This document shows, one piece after another, positions 11,867-24,140 of a stretch of DNA of 64,000 bases. Origin of the DNA: Paraspadella gotoi (lineage: Eukaryota > Animalia > Chaetognatha); NCBI GenBank assembly GCA_051294375.1, contig CM119263.1:22904833-22968832 (forward strand), in the 5' to 3' direction. Positions within the stretch are counted from its first letter, which is position 1. Every line of letters starts with the position of its first letter. The notes beneath the pieces were generated by a model. It was not told the DNA's origin and did not search any database. It saw only the letters and a program-made list of their open reading frames with translations. A program made the position numbers and the translations under genes.

Positions 11867-12680
11867 AACAAGTTTGAGCAAACAATGTCGGATCCGCCTA
11901 CGATAATTAAGTGGTAATCAGCGAATTTGATTATGAATCGCGTCAATTCTTTCTGACTTTCAATTTGTGATCTTAACAGATCATTACAAATCATAACATA
12001 ATTCTTTATAAATCTATGAACAAATCTATAAATCAATTGATCTATATCTATGAACCAGTAGCTGCTCCAATAACAACTTGCATATTTTGGTCAACTTGCT
12101 TATTTTGGTCAACTGATATAATTTGGTGACCTTTCATAATTTGGTCAACTGGCATTATTTTGTCAACTGGCATAATTTGATCAACTGGTATAATTTTTTT
12201 AAATGGCATAATTTGGTTAACTGGCAAAATATGGTCAACTTTGTTTTATTCCATTTAAACTCATTTCCACTCGCATGATTCCATCCAAACTTTATATCCA
12301 GCTCAATCACACAGTTTCTTAACCTGTAGAGAAGCTTGGCTCTCTACGCCTCTTAAGGTGAAGATGGTCCACTTGGTCGCAACTTATCTGACGAAAAGTA
12401 TCCCAAACGTTTTATGTAACTGAAGCTCGAAAGTCGGAAAGAAATAACGCGAAAATAAAATGTAAATAAATGTAATAAAAATGTAGAAAACGAGGTAAAA
12501 TCTGTAGAAAATCGAGATCAAATAGAATGATGAATCAATATGTGGAGGAGAAATCAAATAAAATCGTGATAAATCTTCAGTAAAAACGTAGTAGGAACTT
12601 TGTAAGAAAGTAGTTGTCGGTCTAGAGTGATCCAGTGAATCTGTATTTGGTCTTGTCTGAGCTCGTCCAAGTAAAGTTTG

Positions 12681-12716
<36 letters not shown>

Positions 12717-13256
12717 AAGAGAGAGAGAAAGAGAAAGAGTGGAGAAAGAGTCAGGTCAGTCCCTGTCCGGTCGATCGGTCAATCGGTCGAATGGGTCAGA
12801 TCTGGCCGTCTCCGTCGGTCTCGGCCTTTTCTCTTCATAACCAGACAGTAAATTTCAGCTTAATCCATCTATCCAATTATGATTACTTGGAGTAATTATA
12901 ATTTAATGTAATTAAAAGATTCAAGTAAATGTGACTTATGTTTTTTCCAATTAAACCCATTTCCACTCGCACGATTCCAGCGAAACTTTACAACCAACTC
13001 AATCACACACTTTCCTACTAACACACAAAATTTCATTTCAATCCATCCATCCAATCATGAGTAATTAGAGTTTATTGCTTAGGTTGGACGGACACTCGGA
13101 CGGACGGACGGACGGACGGACATCATTTTTTTGCATAATTTATCATAATTCGATGTTCTGATATAATAAAAATGATTTAACAACAAGCTTTTGGGGTGGG
13201 ACCGACAAAGTAAATTATAGAGTCAGAATCTGCTGATTTATAAGCAGATCCGACTA
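11867..13256 (-). mobile_element. HINE family A copy with an internal insertion (~12325-12860)
   Basis: Reverse-complement termini AACAAGTTTGAGCAAACAATGTCGGATC and GCAGATCCGACTA, a GGAC microsatellite at ~13085-13120, and 18-bp repeats. Confidence 0.75.
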
Positions 13257-13277
13257 AAATTTGAAGAGAAAATATGG

Positions 13278-13322
<45 letters not shown>

Positions 13323-13340
13323 CTGAAAGAGAGAGAGAGT

Positions 13341-13712
13341 AACAAGAACGGTAATTCAAATGAGTTGCGCCGAAGTGACTGCCTTATCACGTGTATTTCT
13401 CATGAAATAACATGTCATGACATGACATGACATGAATACATGACTACAATAACATATTAACTTTCTTAGCCCGTGTATTTATGACATGCACTGCATAAAA
13501 ATTCCATCTTTTATTCCTTATAGTTTTAGGATTTCTGAAGGCGGCGCTAGCAGTCTCTTAGCTTTGAGGTTTTTTCTGTCTTAACAAATGAGCAACCAAC
13601 TATAGGCAAATTATATGCATGATTAAGGGACTGACGGACCAACGGACTGACCGACCGATGGACATACCAACAGACGGACCGAAAAGTGACTTTTAGAGTT
13701 GTGGCACAACTA
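13341..13712 (-). mobile_element. HINE family B copy
   Basis: Reverse complement of the element at 30229-30563 (subTIR GTTGCGCCG, GACC/GACG microsatellite, AACAAGAACGG end). Confidence 0.75.
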
Positions 13713-13932
13713 AAAAAGGACAGATGGGAAAATAAACTGAACAATACAATTTTCCGAATGAAATATTGGCTGAGATCCAAAATGCATTAAAACATGACAA
13801 TAACTTTTTGTAGTTGCCTAAATTTGTATTTTCATTTATTAAAAATGGTAAATGTGTTTAAAAAGTAGATTTATAGTTAAAATATTGAGAAAGGTTTATT
13901 ATTTTTGCCAATACAATGATTTTTATTATATT

Positions 13933-13967
13933 GGGACATGTTTCGACTCTATTGGTTCGAGTCTTCA
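13933..13967 (-). ncRNA. Truncated Penelope-type minimal hammerhead ribozyme (probably inactive)
   Basis: Minus strand TGA-A-GACTC-loop-GAGTC-GAAACATGTC followed by AATAAA. The CTGA part of the core is missing. Confidence 0.6.
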
Positions 13968-14101
13968 AAAATAATAAACCTTTCTCAATATCCTCTCAGC
14001 AACGAAAAGAGAGAAAATAATACAATGTTAAAATAATGTATCTTTTTGATAAACGTTGTCTGTGCCATCATTAAAAATCGAATCATCATTAAACTTCTTT
14101 T

Positions 14102-14400
14102 TAGTTGCGCCGCTAGTATTAGCCGAGCAACTCTATAAGTCACTTTTTGGTCCGTCGGTCCGTCAGTATGTCTGTCCATCAGTCTGTCCCACTTACGTTA
14201 AAAATGCTCATAACTGGCATATAGTTGGTTGCTCATTTGTTAAGACAGAAAAAACCTCAAATCTAAGGGACTGTTAGCGCCGCCTTCAGGAAATAAAAGA
14301 CAAAAGATAAAATTCCCATGTCATGTCATGTAACTTCACAAGAAACACACGTGATAAGGCAGTCACTGCGGCGCAACGAATTTGATATTATTGTTATTGT
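14102..14400 (+). mobile_element. HINE family B copy
   Basis: 5' end TAGTTGCGCCGC...GAGCAACT, GTC microsatellite, 3' subTIR GCGGCGCAAC. Confidence 0.75.
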
Positions 14401-14815
14401 ATTGATGTCTTGTCATTACACCAAAAGTAACGTTATTTTCGAGAATTTCTATTTTTGTCATTCAATTTTGCTCTTACATAGTTATTGATCACGTGATCAC
14501 TGACCAACGACCACGAGGATTTTGCGATCGATTGACGACGAATTGCGTCATTATTCGGATAAGGTCTCCAGACCAATTTCGTGGAAATGGGAAAAAACAT
14601 TTACTTCTATCACTCCTTCCCTCCCTCCCTCCCTCCCTGCCTCTCTGAAATAACCTCCAATCTTAAATGATTCCGAGAAAAATTTCAGAAATGTCAACAC
14701 TCAAAAGACAAAACTTTATATTTTTTTATTATCCAGTATATTGTATAATTAAAAAGCATTTAATTCATTTGTTTTAAATGTCCCATCCTTTCTCTCCCAT
14801 TCCCATTCCCCAAAG

Positions 14816-15193
14816 ACCCGATCGAAGGTCCACATCAGCGGTCGTCGGCTGCAGAAACAAACGGTGGCGATCATCATGGGCGTGACTCTTTGCTTTCTCT
14901 TGCTCTGCCTCCCTTACACCATCTTCATCATCGTCAGCATCATCTTCCAGAAGGACATTGACTACGACACCAACACCTATAAGGTCATGGACGTCGTCTC
15001 CCTCTCCAACAATTCGGTCAACTTTTTCATCTATTATTTGTCCGGTTGCAAATTTCGCAACGAGTTCCTCCGCATCTTCTGCCCCTGGCGTTCGAGGCCC
15101 AAGAGGGACTTCAGCCCGCGAAAGGGCTCCTTCTCGGCGGCCAGGCGTCAGGGTCGAACCGTGATGACCTACTTTAGCAGTGGGGCTCCATGA
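14816..15193 (+). CDS. Same GPCR, terminal exon (TM6, TM7, helix 8); FMRFamide/RFamide-receptor-like group
   Basis: AAG acceptor after a pyrimidine tract, phase 0. TM6 VAIIMGVTLCFLLLCLPYTIF and TM7 SNNSVNFFIYYLSGCKFRNEF (NFxxY variant of NPxxY). Stop at 15193. Confidence 0.88.
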   Translation, partial: TRSKVHISGRRLQKQTVAIIMGVTLCFLLLCLPYTIFIIVSIIFQKDIDYDTNTYKVMDVVSLSNNSVNFFIYYLSGCKFRNEFLRIFCPWRSRPKRDFSPRKGSFSAARRQGRTVMTYFSSGAP

Positions 15194-16508
15194 TGCCGCG
15201 GGATGGGCTGGAAAGGCAAAGTCGACACTGACAACCGTTGGCTGTAACCTTTAAAGGAACAGAAAAAAAATCCAGTCGTTTATTTTTTCTCAAATTTTAA
15301 TTATTTATTAATAGTATGCAAAAACTGGTTCTTCTCTGTCAGCGGAAGAAAATAAATACTATATCACTTTTTTCCCCTTTTAAAAAGTCAAAAGACATTT
15401 TTAAAAAAAAACCTAAATAGGTTTTCAACAGTTACAAAATAAAAAAAGAAAAATTTCCAATTTTTTTATCCTAATATTGTTGTTGTGGTTTTATTTAAAT
15501 AATCCATCGTCGTTGTGCCAAATCCATGAGAGGTATGCTGTTGTGCTTATTTCACAGTCTTACCGTTTATTTATTGTTTTTCTGTTCTGAAGATAACGTT
15601 GATTATTAAGTTAAAACCCTATTTGAAAAAAGGTTTTGTATATTCTTTTTGTATTAAATCTTTTCAAACAAATAGCTGAGTGCTTAATTCGAATAATAAA
15701 AACGAGGCAAACAGTCCGACATACTGACAAAGTTTTTAACTCGAAAAGGTTTATTCAACTCTGGGTTTAAGATAATCTTGAGATTTAAGTGAGATACTAC
15801 TTTGTTCTTTATCTCACCTAAATGTGTTTTTATCTATAAGCTTTATAATCTTATCCATTAACAATTTAAATTATCAATATGATTTAGTATTTTTATGGTC
15901 TAGATAAAAAAAATATTTGTTTTTTTTTCACAAGTTATGCCACTGTTTTTTTTTTATCCAAAAGTTGGCTCGCTCTGGGAACAGAAAAAACTGGGAAAAC
16001 TGAAATCATATGAAAAACCGAAAAAGGGATTGAGTTTGTATAATTTGTCAAAGGAAAGGAGAAAAAAAGGCCATTTGCGTTGGTAGAAAAAAAGTGTGCC
16101 CAATTTTGATTAAATACTACGTAGAAATCATCAAACACATAAATTTGGGATTATTAATATAACGAACACCGGGCTTGAAAAAAAAAAACCCCAAAAAAAA
16201 CAAACAGTTATTAACAACTAAATCAGTCAAAGACTTAAAAAGTGACGCAAGGCGGAGTCGTCAACTTCTGGATTCAACTTCTGGATTCAACATTGAAAGG
16301 AAATCGAGAACGAATTACGATCCCATTAACTCTTTTAACTAACTGACACAAATTCAAAGAGAAATCTAAGTTAGGCAATGGAGTGGGGGAACGAACGAAA
16401 GAAAGACAGAGAAAGAGAAAGAGAAAGAGAAAGAGAGAGAGAGGAGATGTGGAAGATGTGGAAGATGCCACCATGATCAACTGGCCAGTGGTTTGGGTCG
16501 CTTGTTCG

Positions 16509-16568
<60 letters not shown>

Positions 16569-17302
16569 TTTTATTTCGTTTGACTCGTATAAGTCCTAAG
16601 GTCACCTCCCTCAATCTTGCCTTTAAATAGTCACTGACTATTAGTCAGTCTATTTTGTCTATCTCTTCAGAGATAGATTTTTCACGAAAAATACATACTT
16701 GTAACCAAATGACTGTCTAACTTGTACACTGTACAATGTACAATATACACTGTATAGTGTAGACTGTATACAAGTACTATACTATACTATACTATTCATT
16801 GTAAACCGACTTACCTCAGCTCTAATCAAAGCAAAATGAAATTCTACACGATTCAATTTAGCGCAAAATTCTTGCATTCGATTCTGGTGCAACATCATAA
16901 AGAATCTAAAGAAGGCAAAGTGAAATCGACTATTCCTCGTCTTCTTTCTCAAGTTTCGAAGAATACGTATTAAAGTAACAGAAGCGACTTTGCTAAAAGT
17001 AAAAATGAAATCGAAAACCTGTCTACGTTTCGAAAAAAAAAAAAAAGTTATAACCGGAAACGAAATAAATACTTTTTTTTCCCGACAACGATGAGACACA
17101 TGACGGCAGCGGCAGGGGCAGCTGCAGGGGCAGCAGCAGGGGCGGCGGCGGCGGGGAAACAGACGATGACGGCGACGACGCCTGACGATGACGGGCGAAT
17201 TGAACGAAAGCCGCTTAGCGGGGAAGTGGCTTAAGCGGTGGCCGGCGTCGTCGTTAGCGGGAAAAGTAGAATATGGCGAAAGGCTATGCCTTCAGCTCTG
17301 GC

Positions 17303-17920
17303 CAGTAAGGCGTAGTGAAAGTTACATACGAAAATTCTAAATGTCAATTATGAACAACATACCATCAGTGAATATTAATATGTAAAAAAAATTAATTTTA
17401 TGTGTTTTAATTTTCGCAGTACGCTATATTTATATATAGTACTATCCTTATAAAATCGAAAAATTTCAAAATATGCTTTTCTTAATTTTGATTGCAGATT
17501 TGAATTCCTCGTCAAAAGTTGATAAAAGAAAATATAAATCATTTTTAAAAATTCTTTCATTAAGTGGGTTAAAAATTTAAAAAACTACATTTAATATATA
17601 AAAAGTTAATTTTCAGCTTAAAATATAGCTTTTTCTAATTTTTGACCCACTTAATGAAGGAATTTTTCAAAAAGAGTTATATTTCTTTTTATCAACTTTT
17701 TATGACGAATCCAAATCTGCAAAAAAATTTTAGAAAAAACTGTTTTGAAATTTTAATATTTATTGGATTAGTACTAGTATAAATATGGCCTACTGCGTAA
17801 ATTGTAAAATTTATTATAAATTTTTTTATTACATAAATGTTTATTAGTATAATGTTGTTCATTCCTTACTTTTAGAATTTTAATTAAAGTTAAATTTAGA
17901 AATTTTACTACGCCTTACTG
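17303..17920. mobile_element. CAGTA-ended foldback MITE
   Basis: TIR CAGTAAGGCGTAGT...ACTACGCCTTACTG with long imperfect inverted arms. An inverted copy lies at 22877-23494. Confidence 0.85.
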
Positions 17921-18872
17921 GCCAGTCACGGCATGTAGAATTTTATATATTCATATTGATATTTATATTGTTAAGTTATTTGAGGAGTTCCTCACGGTTC
18001 TCATTCCTAGGTTTGTTTTCAAAGAACTTCGGCGTGTCATCAATTGTGGTACAACCGACCGACCGACCGACCAACCTATAATTTTCCTTCCAATGCGCGC
18101 GCCGCGACCGAAAGGAAAAAAGAGAGGGGGAAAAAAAATTGCCTCGGATCGTGAAACGTTTTGCTTGTTACTTTTCACAACCATCGTCGTTATGACTGAG
18201 ACTTTTAAATGAAACTAACCTTTTTCCCTACGTGCGACGAAACGGGAGAGAGGAAAAGGTTTTTTTTGAGAGAACAATGGGAGGAGGCGTTTTAGAAACT
18301 CTGTCAGGAAGAAAAAAATTGAAAAGGAAAGTGAGAGAACGAGATGAGCTTAACACAAAAGGAAAGAAAGTTAAAATACAGTGTGTCCCAATAGTACTGT
18401 CTGTTAAGAAAAGCATACCTATACCTATACCTATACCAGATTGAAAAACTTTAATTCATTATAATGAATATGCGCACAAGTATGGACTATTTTATAGGAT
18501 AACTATTCATGGTAATTATCCTTTCTTTTTCGTTGTTTGANNNNNNNNNNNNNNNNNNNNNNNNNNNNNNNNNNNNNNNNNNNNNNNNNNNNNNNNNNNN
18601 NNNNNNNNNNNNNNNNNNNNNNNNNNNNNNNNNNNNNNNNNNNNNNNNNNNNNNNNNNNNNNNNNNNNNNNNNNNNNNNNNNNNNNNNNNNNNNNNNNNN
18701 NNNNNNNNNNNNNNNNNNNNNNNNNNNNNNNNNNNNNNNNNNNNNNNNNNNNNNNNNNNNNNNNNNNNNNNNNNNNNNNNNNNNNNNNNNNNNNNNNNNN
18801 NNNNNAAAGAGAGAGATAGTAATAGATTGTAGTGAAATATAAGAATTAAGAAAGAGCTCAAAATGACGTCTA

Positions 18873-19205
18873 TTGTCTAACGTCTATTGGGCGGCCTGTG
18901 CAGGGGCGGGCAACCAACCCTGGTGCAGCAGCATATGTGGGCGAGACAGGCAAGTCTCTCTCAGACCGTTTCCAGCAGCATGTAAGACCCTACAGAGACG
19001 CGCGTGGGATATCATGTCCGCTATAGCAGAGCACGCAACGCTCAGTGGTCATTGATTCAGAGAGGAAGACTGTCTCGTGCTGTCCCATGACCCTAACTGG
19101 TTCTCAAGAGGTATTAGAGAGGCCATTTACATCAAGGCCCTCGAACCCTCTTTGACCGTATGGAGGACGATTCGTCTCCTCCAAACTATGATTCGCTTAT
19201 AAGAG
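18873..19205 (+). pseudogene. PLE GIY-YIG endonuclease remnant (frameshifts and a stop)
   Basis: Across frames it reads SNVYW.AC / AYVGETGKSLSDRFQQH / SAIAEHATLSGH*FREEDCLVLSHDPNWFSRGIREAIYIKALEPSL / GGRF / NYDSL, which are typical Penelope-clade endonuclease motifs. Confidence 0.88.
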
Positions 19206-19852
19206 CAGTGGTTGGAACGCCCTACACCACACAACCGCACAATGACTCCCCTATCCCTACTCAACGGGTAAGGCGGAGACCCTCGGTTAAACGATGGGCA
19301 CCTGACACCTCCGAATCTCCGGCAGCAACTCAGCCTCTTTCTCTGAGGTGGGCGTCGCCCCAAACGACGGCTACAGGAAGATGAAGAGGATTCCACCATC
19401 CCAGTCACTATAAGTGAGAGTAGTATACCCGCCCACCTCACCCGTCAGGTGAGAAGAGGCCGCCGGCAGGCGCATCAGGCCAGAGGGATATAGGGTGGCC
19501 TTGGGTTTGTTTCCTCAGGGAGCAATACCTGACCCAGCCAACAACGAGATCAATCCCATTATCCTCTCAACCCATGACGCGCCAATGACCCGGCCCCATC
19601 AGCAATACCTCTCCTTCATAAGACCGGGGGGCCCCCAGCTCATTTTGAGCTCTTTCTTAATTCTTATATTTCACTACAATCTTTACTTATCTATCCTCTA
19701 AAATCTCAATTTTTCAACTTCTCAATTTCAATTTTCAACTTTTCAATTTCAATTTCAAAAATTAATTTATTTCAATTTGTTATTAAACAGTTTCCATTAT
19801 CTTTTATCTATGTTGTACATTGCTCAAATGTAATTATTTATTTATTTTGTTT

Positions 19853-19884
<32 letters not shown>

Positions 19885-19991
19885 ACCATTTTCACTTCTT
19901 TCAAAACTTATTCAAACTAGCCACTTCCAAAAATCTGTCCTCACCACTGATCCACTGTCCTTACTCAATTCTTTGTTGGAAACCTTTAACC

Positions 19992-20025
<34 letters not shown>

Positions 20026-20073
20026 CTCTCTTTTACTTTAACTAAAAACTTGTATCAAGTTCATAACTCATGT

Positions 20074-20114
20074 GCGCTGATGAAGGCTCGTATTGTGAGC
20101 CGAAACATGTCTGC
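20074..20114 (+). ncRNA. Minimal type I hammerhead ribozyme (Penelope-associated)
   Basis: CTGATGA (20077-20083), stem II GGCTC/GAGCC, GAAA, palindromic ACATGT stem III, GUC cleavage triplet (20109-20111) and a short stem I GCG/TGC. Confidence 0.85.
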
Positions 20115-22448
20115 TCTTTTAAATAAAATTTGTTGCAAAATAAAATCAAACTTTGTTAATAGGATAACTAAAAATTGAACAAAGCAAACTCCTGTAGTTA
20201 TTATATAAAGAAATTGTTTAAAAAAATTTGTTTGTTTTTTTTAAATATTTTCTTTATATGCAGGACTGTAAGAAACTACCTCATCTTTTTAGCTCCAGAG
20301 CTTTTATAATCCAGTAATCATTATTTTTAAAATTATCTACTTACCTTGTTTATAATTATATTATTTTTTGAATTGATTTAATAATAATTTATCTAATAAA
20401 TAGCAACTATTTTGTTCAATTGGTCACAACTTCAAATAATAAAATTTAAATATCAAATTAATTTTTATATTTTTTTTATTTTTTTATTTTTTTTATTTTT
20501 TTTAAATTTTTTATTTTTATATTTTTTTAAATATTTGTTTATTTTTTTATTAATCACTTATTTTATACAAATTAAAATTCAAATAATTTATATTTTTTTA
20601 AAATATTTTTCATGTAATTTTTTTAATAAAATTTATTTTAAAATGAAAAAAAATTATATCAAAATTTAAAAAAGTGAGAAATGTCTTGCAAAGAAAAATT
20701 GATAAAAATTGAATTCGAAATATAGTATCATAAATGGTAAGAACTTATCTTTGACAGTGTTATCTCAGAAATAATATTTAATAATACAGTTCCGCTCAAT
20801 ATGTAAAAGTTAACCGACAGTATCATTGGGACACACTGTATTATAATGAGGAAAAATATAGGTCGTCCGTTATACGTCATACTCTTTGAGAATGTATTAT
20901 GTTAAACAACATCATTCTATGAAAATTGTAAAATTACTTGTTTCACTATTTTAAGTATTAGATTTTATATTTATTTATATTTTATTCTAGATCATTAAGA
21001 AAAGTGAGTGTAAAATAAACCCTTGTGACTTTTCTCTTTTTCTTGTCTATTGTCCAATCTTAAAATTCCCTTAAATACTGAGGTTAAAAATTAATCAGGG
21101 GGGGGGAACATTCGTAAACAAAGGAACCTCCCGAGAAAGCAAACTTCGTTCAAACGACGTCGGTAATTAGGCATATGTCGACGTCTGGGGGTTTCTCCCT
21201 TTTTTTAAGTTCCCGGATATTTTTTTACGACTTTGACTTGAATTGTCGATGATGGCTTTCATGATGCTAATTTTATTTCCTGATGACTATTTGTTAAAAT
21301 TCTCTAAATAGAGAGAGAGAAGGAGAGAGAGAAGAGAGAGAGAGAGAGAGAAGGAGAGAGAGAGAGAGAGGAGCAGACGCAGAGAGAGAGAACGTGCTCC
21401 TAAGGGATTTGACGTTCCTACATCAAATAAAAAAAGAAAGAAATAAAAAGGAGAAATGAATGCAGATAAAAACAAAATTTAGATGGAAAAATTTATGTGA
21501 TGAAAGAAGACAGAGAAGGCAGTAGAGCGGAAAGAGAAGAACAAAATTGAAAAGAAAAAGGGGGAAGTCTAAAGAGAGGGGAAAAGAGAGAGAGGAAATG
21601 GAAGAACGGGGAAAGAGGAAGTGGAAGAACGGGGAAAGAGGATGTGGAAGAACGGGGAAAGAGGATGTGAGAGAATGGGGAGATAGGAAATTAGAGAAGG
21701 TAAAGAGAGAAAGGCAGTGGGACAAAGGGATAGAGAGAATGTGAGAGTAGCGAGATAGCGAGTAGCGAGTTGGAGAACGGGAAAAAAGAAATTAGGGAAC
21801 GGGGATAGAGAATTTGAGTGGCTGTGGGAGAACGGGGAAAATTGAGGCAGCGATGGAGAACAAGGAAAGGATGAGTGGGTGTGGCGACGTTTGTCTCGTA
21901 GAAAATTCACATGTCACCGGCTAATCGGAGTTCCGGGACGACGAAAAAGAAATTCCCACTGCCTTCGGGATTTAACTGTGAACAATTTATTCATATATTG
22001 TACAATGAATAATGTATGAATAAATTGTATGTATAAAAACACTAATGCGGTTCATACTATTTCATACTATTGATGATCATATTTAAAAAATAAAAATTGC
22101 TCATAAGTCAAAGCTCGGCTAGAGATCGTTTGAAATTACACAAGGTTGCAAAAAACAAAAACAAAACAAAAGACATCGTCATTTATAGTCTTTAACATAA
22201 ACATTATTATTATACTTCATCATTCTATCATTATATTTTCTTTTTAATCATCAGCCATCATCAATCGTCATCAAACAAAATCATCGTCATTCACGAATAA
22301 TCCCTTGCGCCTCCCCTATCAGCGTTATTTGATTTCGACTCCATCTGTCGCGACCTCCTAAAACATAAACGACAACGACAACAACAACCGTTCCTCCTCC
22401 TCGCCACGATTTTGCCAATAATCGTCGCGGGCAGCATCGACCGGGTCG

Positions 22449-22752
22449 CGAACTCGGAACCTTTGAGAAACGAGAGACACGGAACTCGGAAGCTTTGAGA
22501 AACGAAAGACGCGGAACTCGGAAGCTTTGAGAAACGAGAGACGCGGAACACGGAAGCTTTGAGAAACGAGAGACACGGAACTCGGAAGCTTTGAGAAACG
22601 AGAGACGCAGAACTCGGAAGCTTTGAAAAACGAGAGACGCGGAACTCGGAAGCTTTGAGAAACGAGAGACGCGGAACTCGGAAGCTTTGAGAAACGAGAG
22701 ACGCGGAACTCGGAAGCTTTGAGAAACGAGAGAAGCGGAACTCGGAAGCTTC
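22449..22752. repeat. 32-bp minisatellite (GGAACTCGGAAGCTTTGAGAAACGAGAGACGC, about 9.5 copies)
   Basis: Contiguous 32-nt period with no spacers. It explains the repetitive ORFs at 22287-22796. Confidence 0.92.
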
Positions 22753-22837
22753 TCAAGGACTCGAGTGTTTTTGACCCTTCTCATCTCCTCACGCACTCGT
22801 TCTATTTAATAAAATCGGTACAATCAATATAAAATTA

Positions 22838-24140
22838 CAGAAGGCTTCTTATTATAAAATGAAGTACTTCCGTCCACAGTAAGGCGTAGTAAAATTTCTA
22901 AATTTAACTTTAATTAAAATTCTAAAAGTGAGGAATGAACAACATTATACTAATGAATATTTATATAATAAAAATTTTTTTATTAAATTTGACAATTTAC
23001 GCAGTAGGCCATATTTATACTAGTACTAAACCAATAAATGTTAAAATTTCAAAACAGTTTTTTCTAAGATTTTTTTGCAGATTTGGATTCGTCATAAAAA
23101 GTTGATAAAAAGAAATATAACTCTTTTTGAAAAATTCCTTCATTAAGTGGGTCAAAAATTAGAAAAAGCTATTTTTTAAGCTGAAAATTAACTTTTTATA
23201 TATTAAATAAAGTTTTTTTAATTTTTAACCCACTTAATGAAAGAATTTTTAAAAATGATTTATATTTTCTTTTATCAACTTTTGACGAGGAATTCAAATC
23301 TGCAATCAAAATTAAGAAAAGCCTATTTTGAAATTTTTCGATTTTATAAGGATAGTACTATATATAAATATAGCCTACTGCGAAAATTAAAAAGCATAAA
23401 ATTAATTTTTTTTACAAATTAATGTTCACTGATGGTATGTTGTTCATAATTGACTTTTAGAATTTTCGTATGTAACTTTGACTATGCCTTAGTCCACAGT
23501 ACCCATATTTTTGTGACCAGAACCCGTTCCGAGAAAACTACTGGACCAAATTTATTGAAATTTGGAATGAACGATCCCTATGTGAATACTAATAAAACTA
23601 TCGAGGCGAATTTCAATATTTGATTCCTGAGCCGAGATATGGGGCCCCGGAGGGGTCACCCAAAGGGGCAAAAAATGGACAAAATTTTTTTTCAAAATTT
23701 TTACATTTTTACATTTACACTTCCACAAAAACGTATTTATTACCATAAAAATATAAATTTACCTTAATTTTCAGCTCCATGAACATCAGCAGTTCAAGTC
23801 AGATTTAGAATAATTTTGGAAAATTGGAAGTAAAACAATGAACCCATCTTTAAACCATGCTTAATTATTGAAAACTTATCAATTTTTTTTTATATGTTTA
23901 AAACGTCAATGCATCTGATGCTACTAAAAAAATTTAAAAAATGACAACAAAAAATTTATAGCTTTTTTCGGCCTCCCAGGGGTCCACCCTCCCAGGGCCC
24001 TGTATCTCTTGTCAGGGCTTGAATATCAAAATTCGCCACGATAGTTTCATTTATATTGTCATTAGGAAATTCGTAGTTTAGTGGGAACAGATTCTGGTCA
24101 CAAAAAAGGGGTACCTCATTTTATAATATGAAGCCTTCTG
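22838..24140. mobile_element. TA-flanked Tc1/mariner-type MITE with a nested CAGTA MITE in its left TIR
   Basis: TA|CAGAAGGCTTCTTATTATAAAATGAAGTAC versus GTACCTCATTTTATAATATGAAGCCTTCTG|TA. The TIR match resumes (TTTTTGTGACCAGAA) after the nested element. Confidence 0.8.
22877..23494. mobile_element. CAGTA-ended foldback MITE (inverted relative to 17303-17920)
   Basis: Near-identical reverse complement of 17303-17920. The track shows twin ORFs 17375..17560 and 23237..23422. Confidence 0.85.

Larger units (their letters stand above)
18806..20158 (+). mobile_element. 5'-truncated Penelope-like retroelement (PLE) with an inverted pLTR fragment
   Basis: Decayed GIY-YIG endonuclease followed by a pLTR ending in a hammerhead and AATAAA. 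18806-18867 is the reverse complement of ~19640-19700. Candidate TSD ATAGGATAACTA at 18494-18505 and 20159-20170. Confidence 0.88.
18379..20838. mobile_element. Tc1/mariner-type non-autonomous element (TA-flanked) hosting a Penelope insertion
   Basis: TA|CAGTGTGTCCCAATAGTACTGTCTGTTAA at 18377-18407 and its near-perfect inverse TTAACCGACAGTATCATTGGGACACACTG|TA at 20810-20840. Confidence 0.8.

Noticed and set aside
17375-17560. Duplicated 61-aa ORF (also 23237-23422) as a gene family or transposase
   Set aside because: It lies within AT-rich MITE arms and has no transposase motif.
22449-22752. 32-bp repeats resembling a CRISPR array
   Set aside because: The units are contiguous with no unique spacers, there are no cas genes, and the context is eukaryotic.
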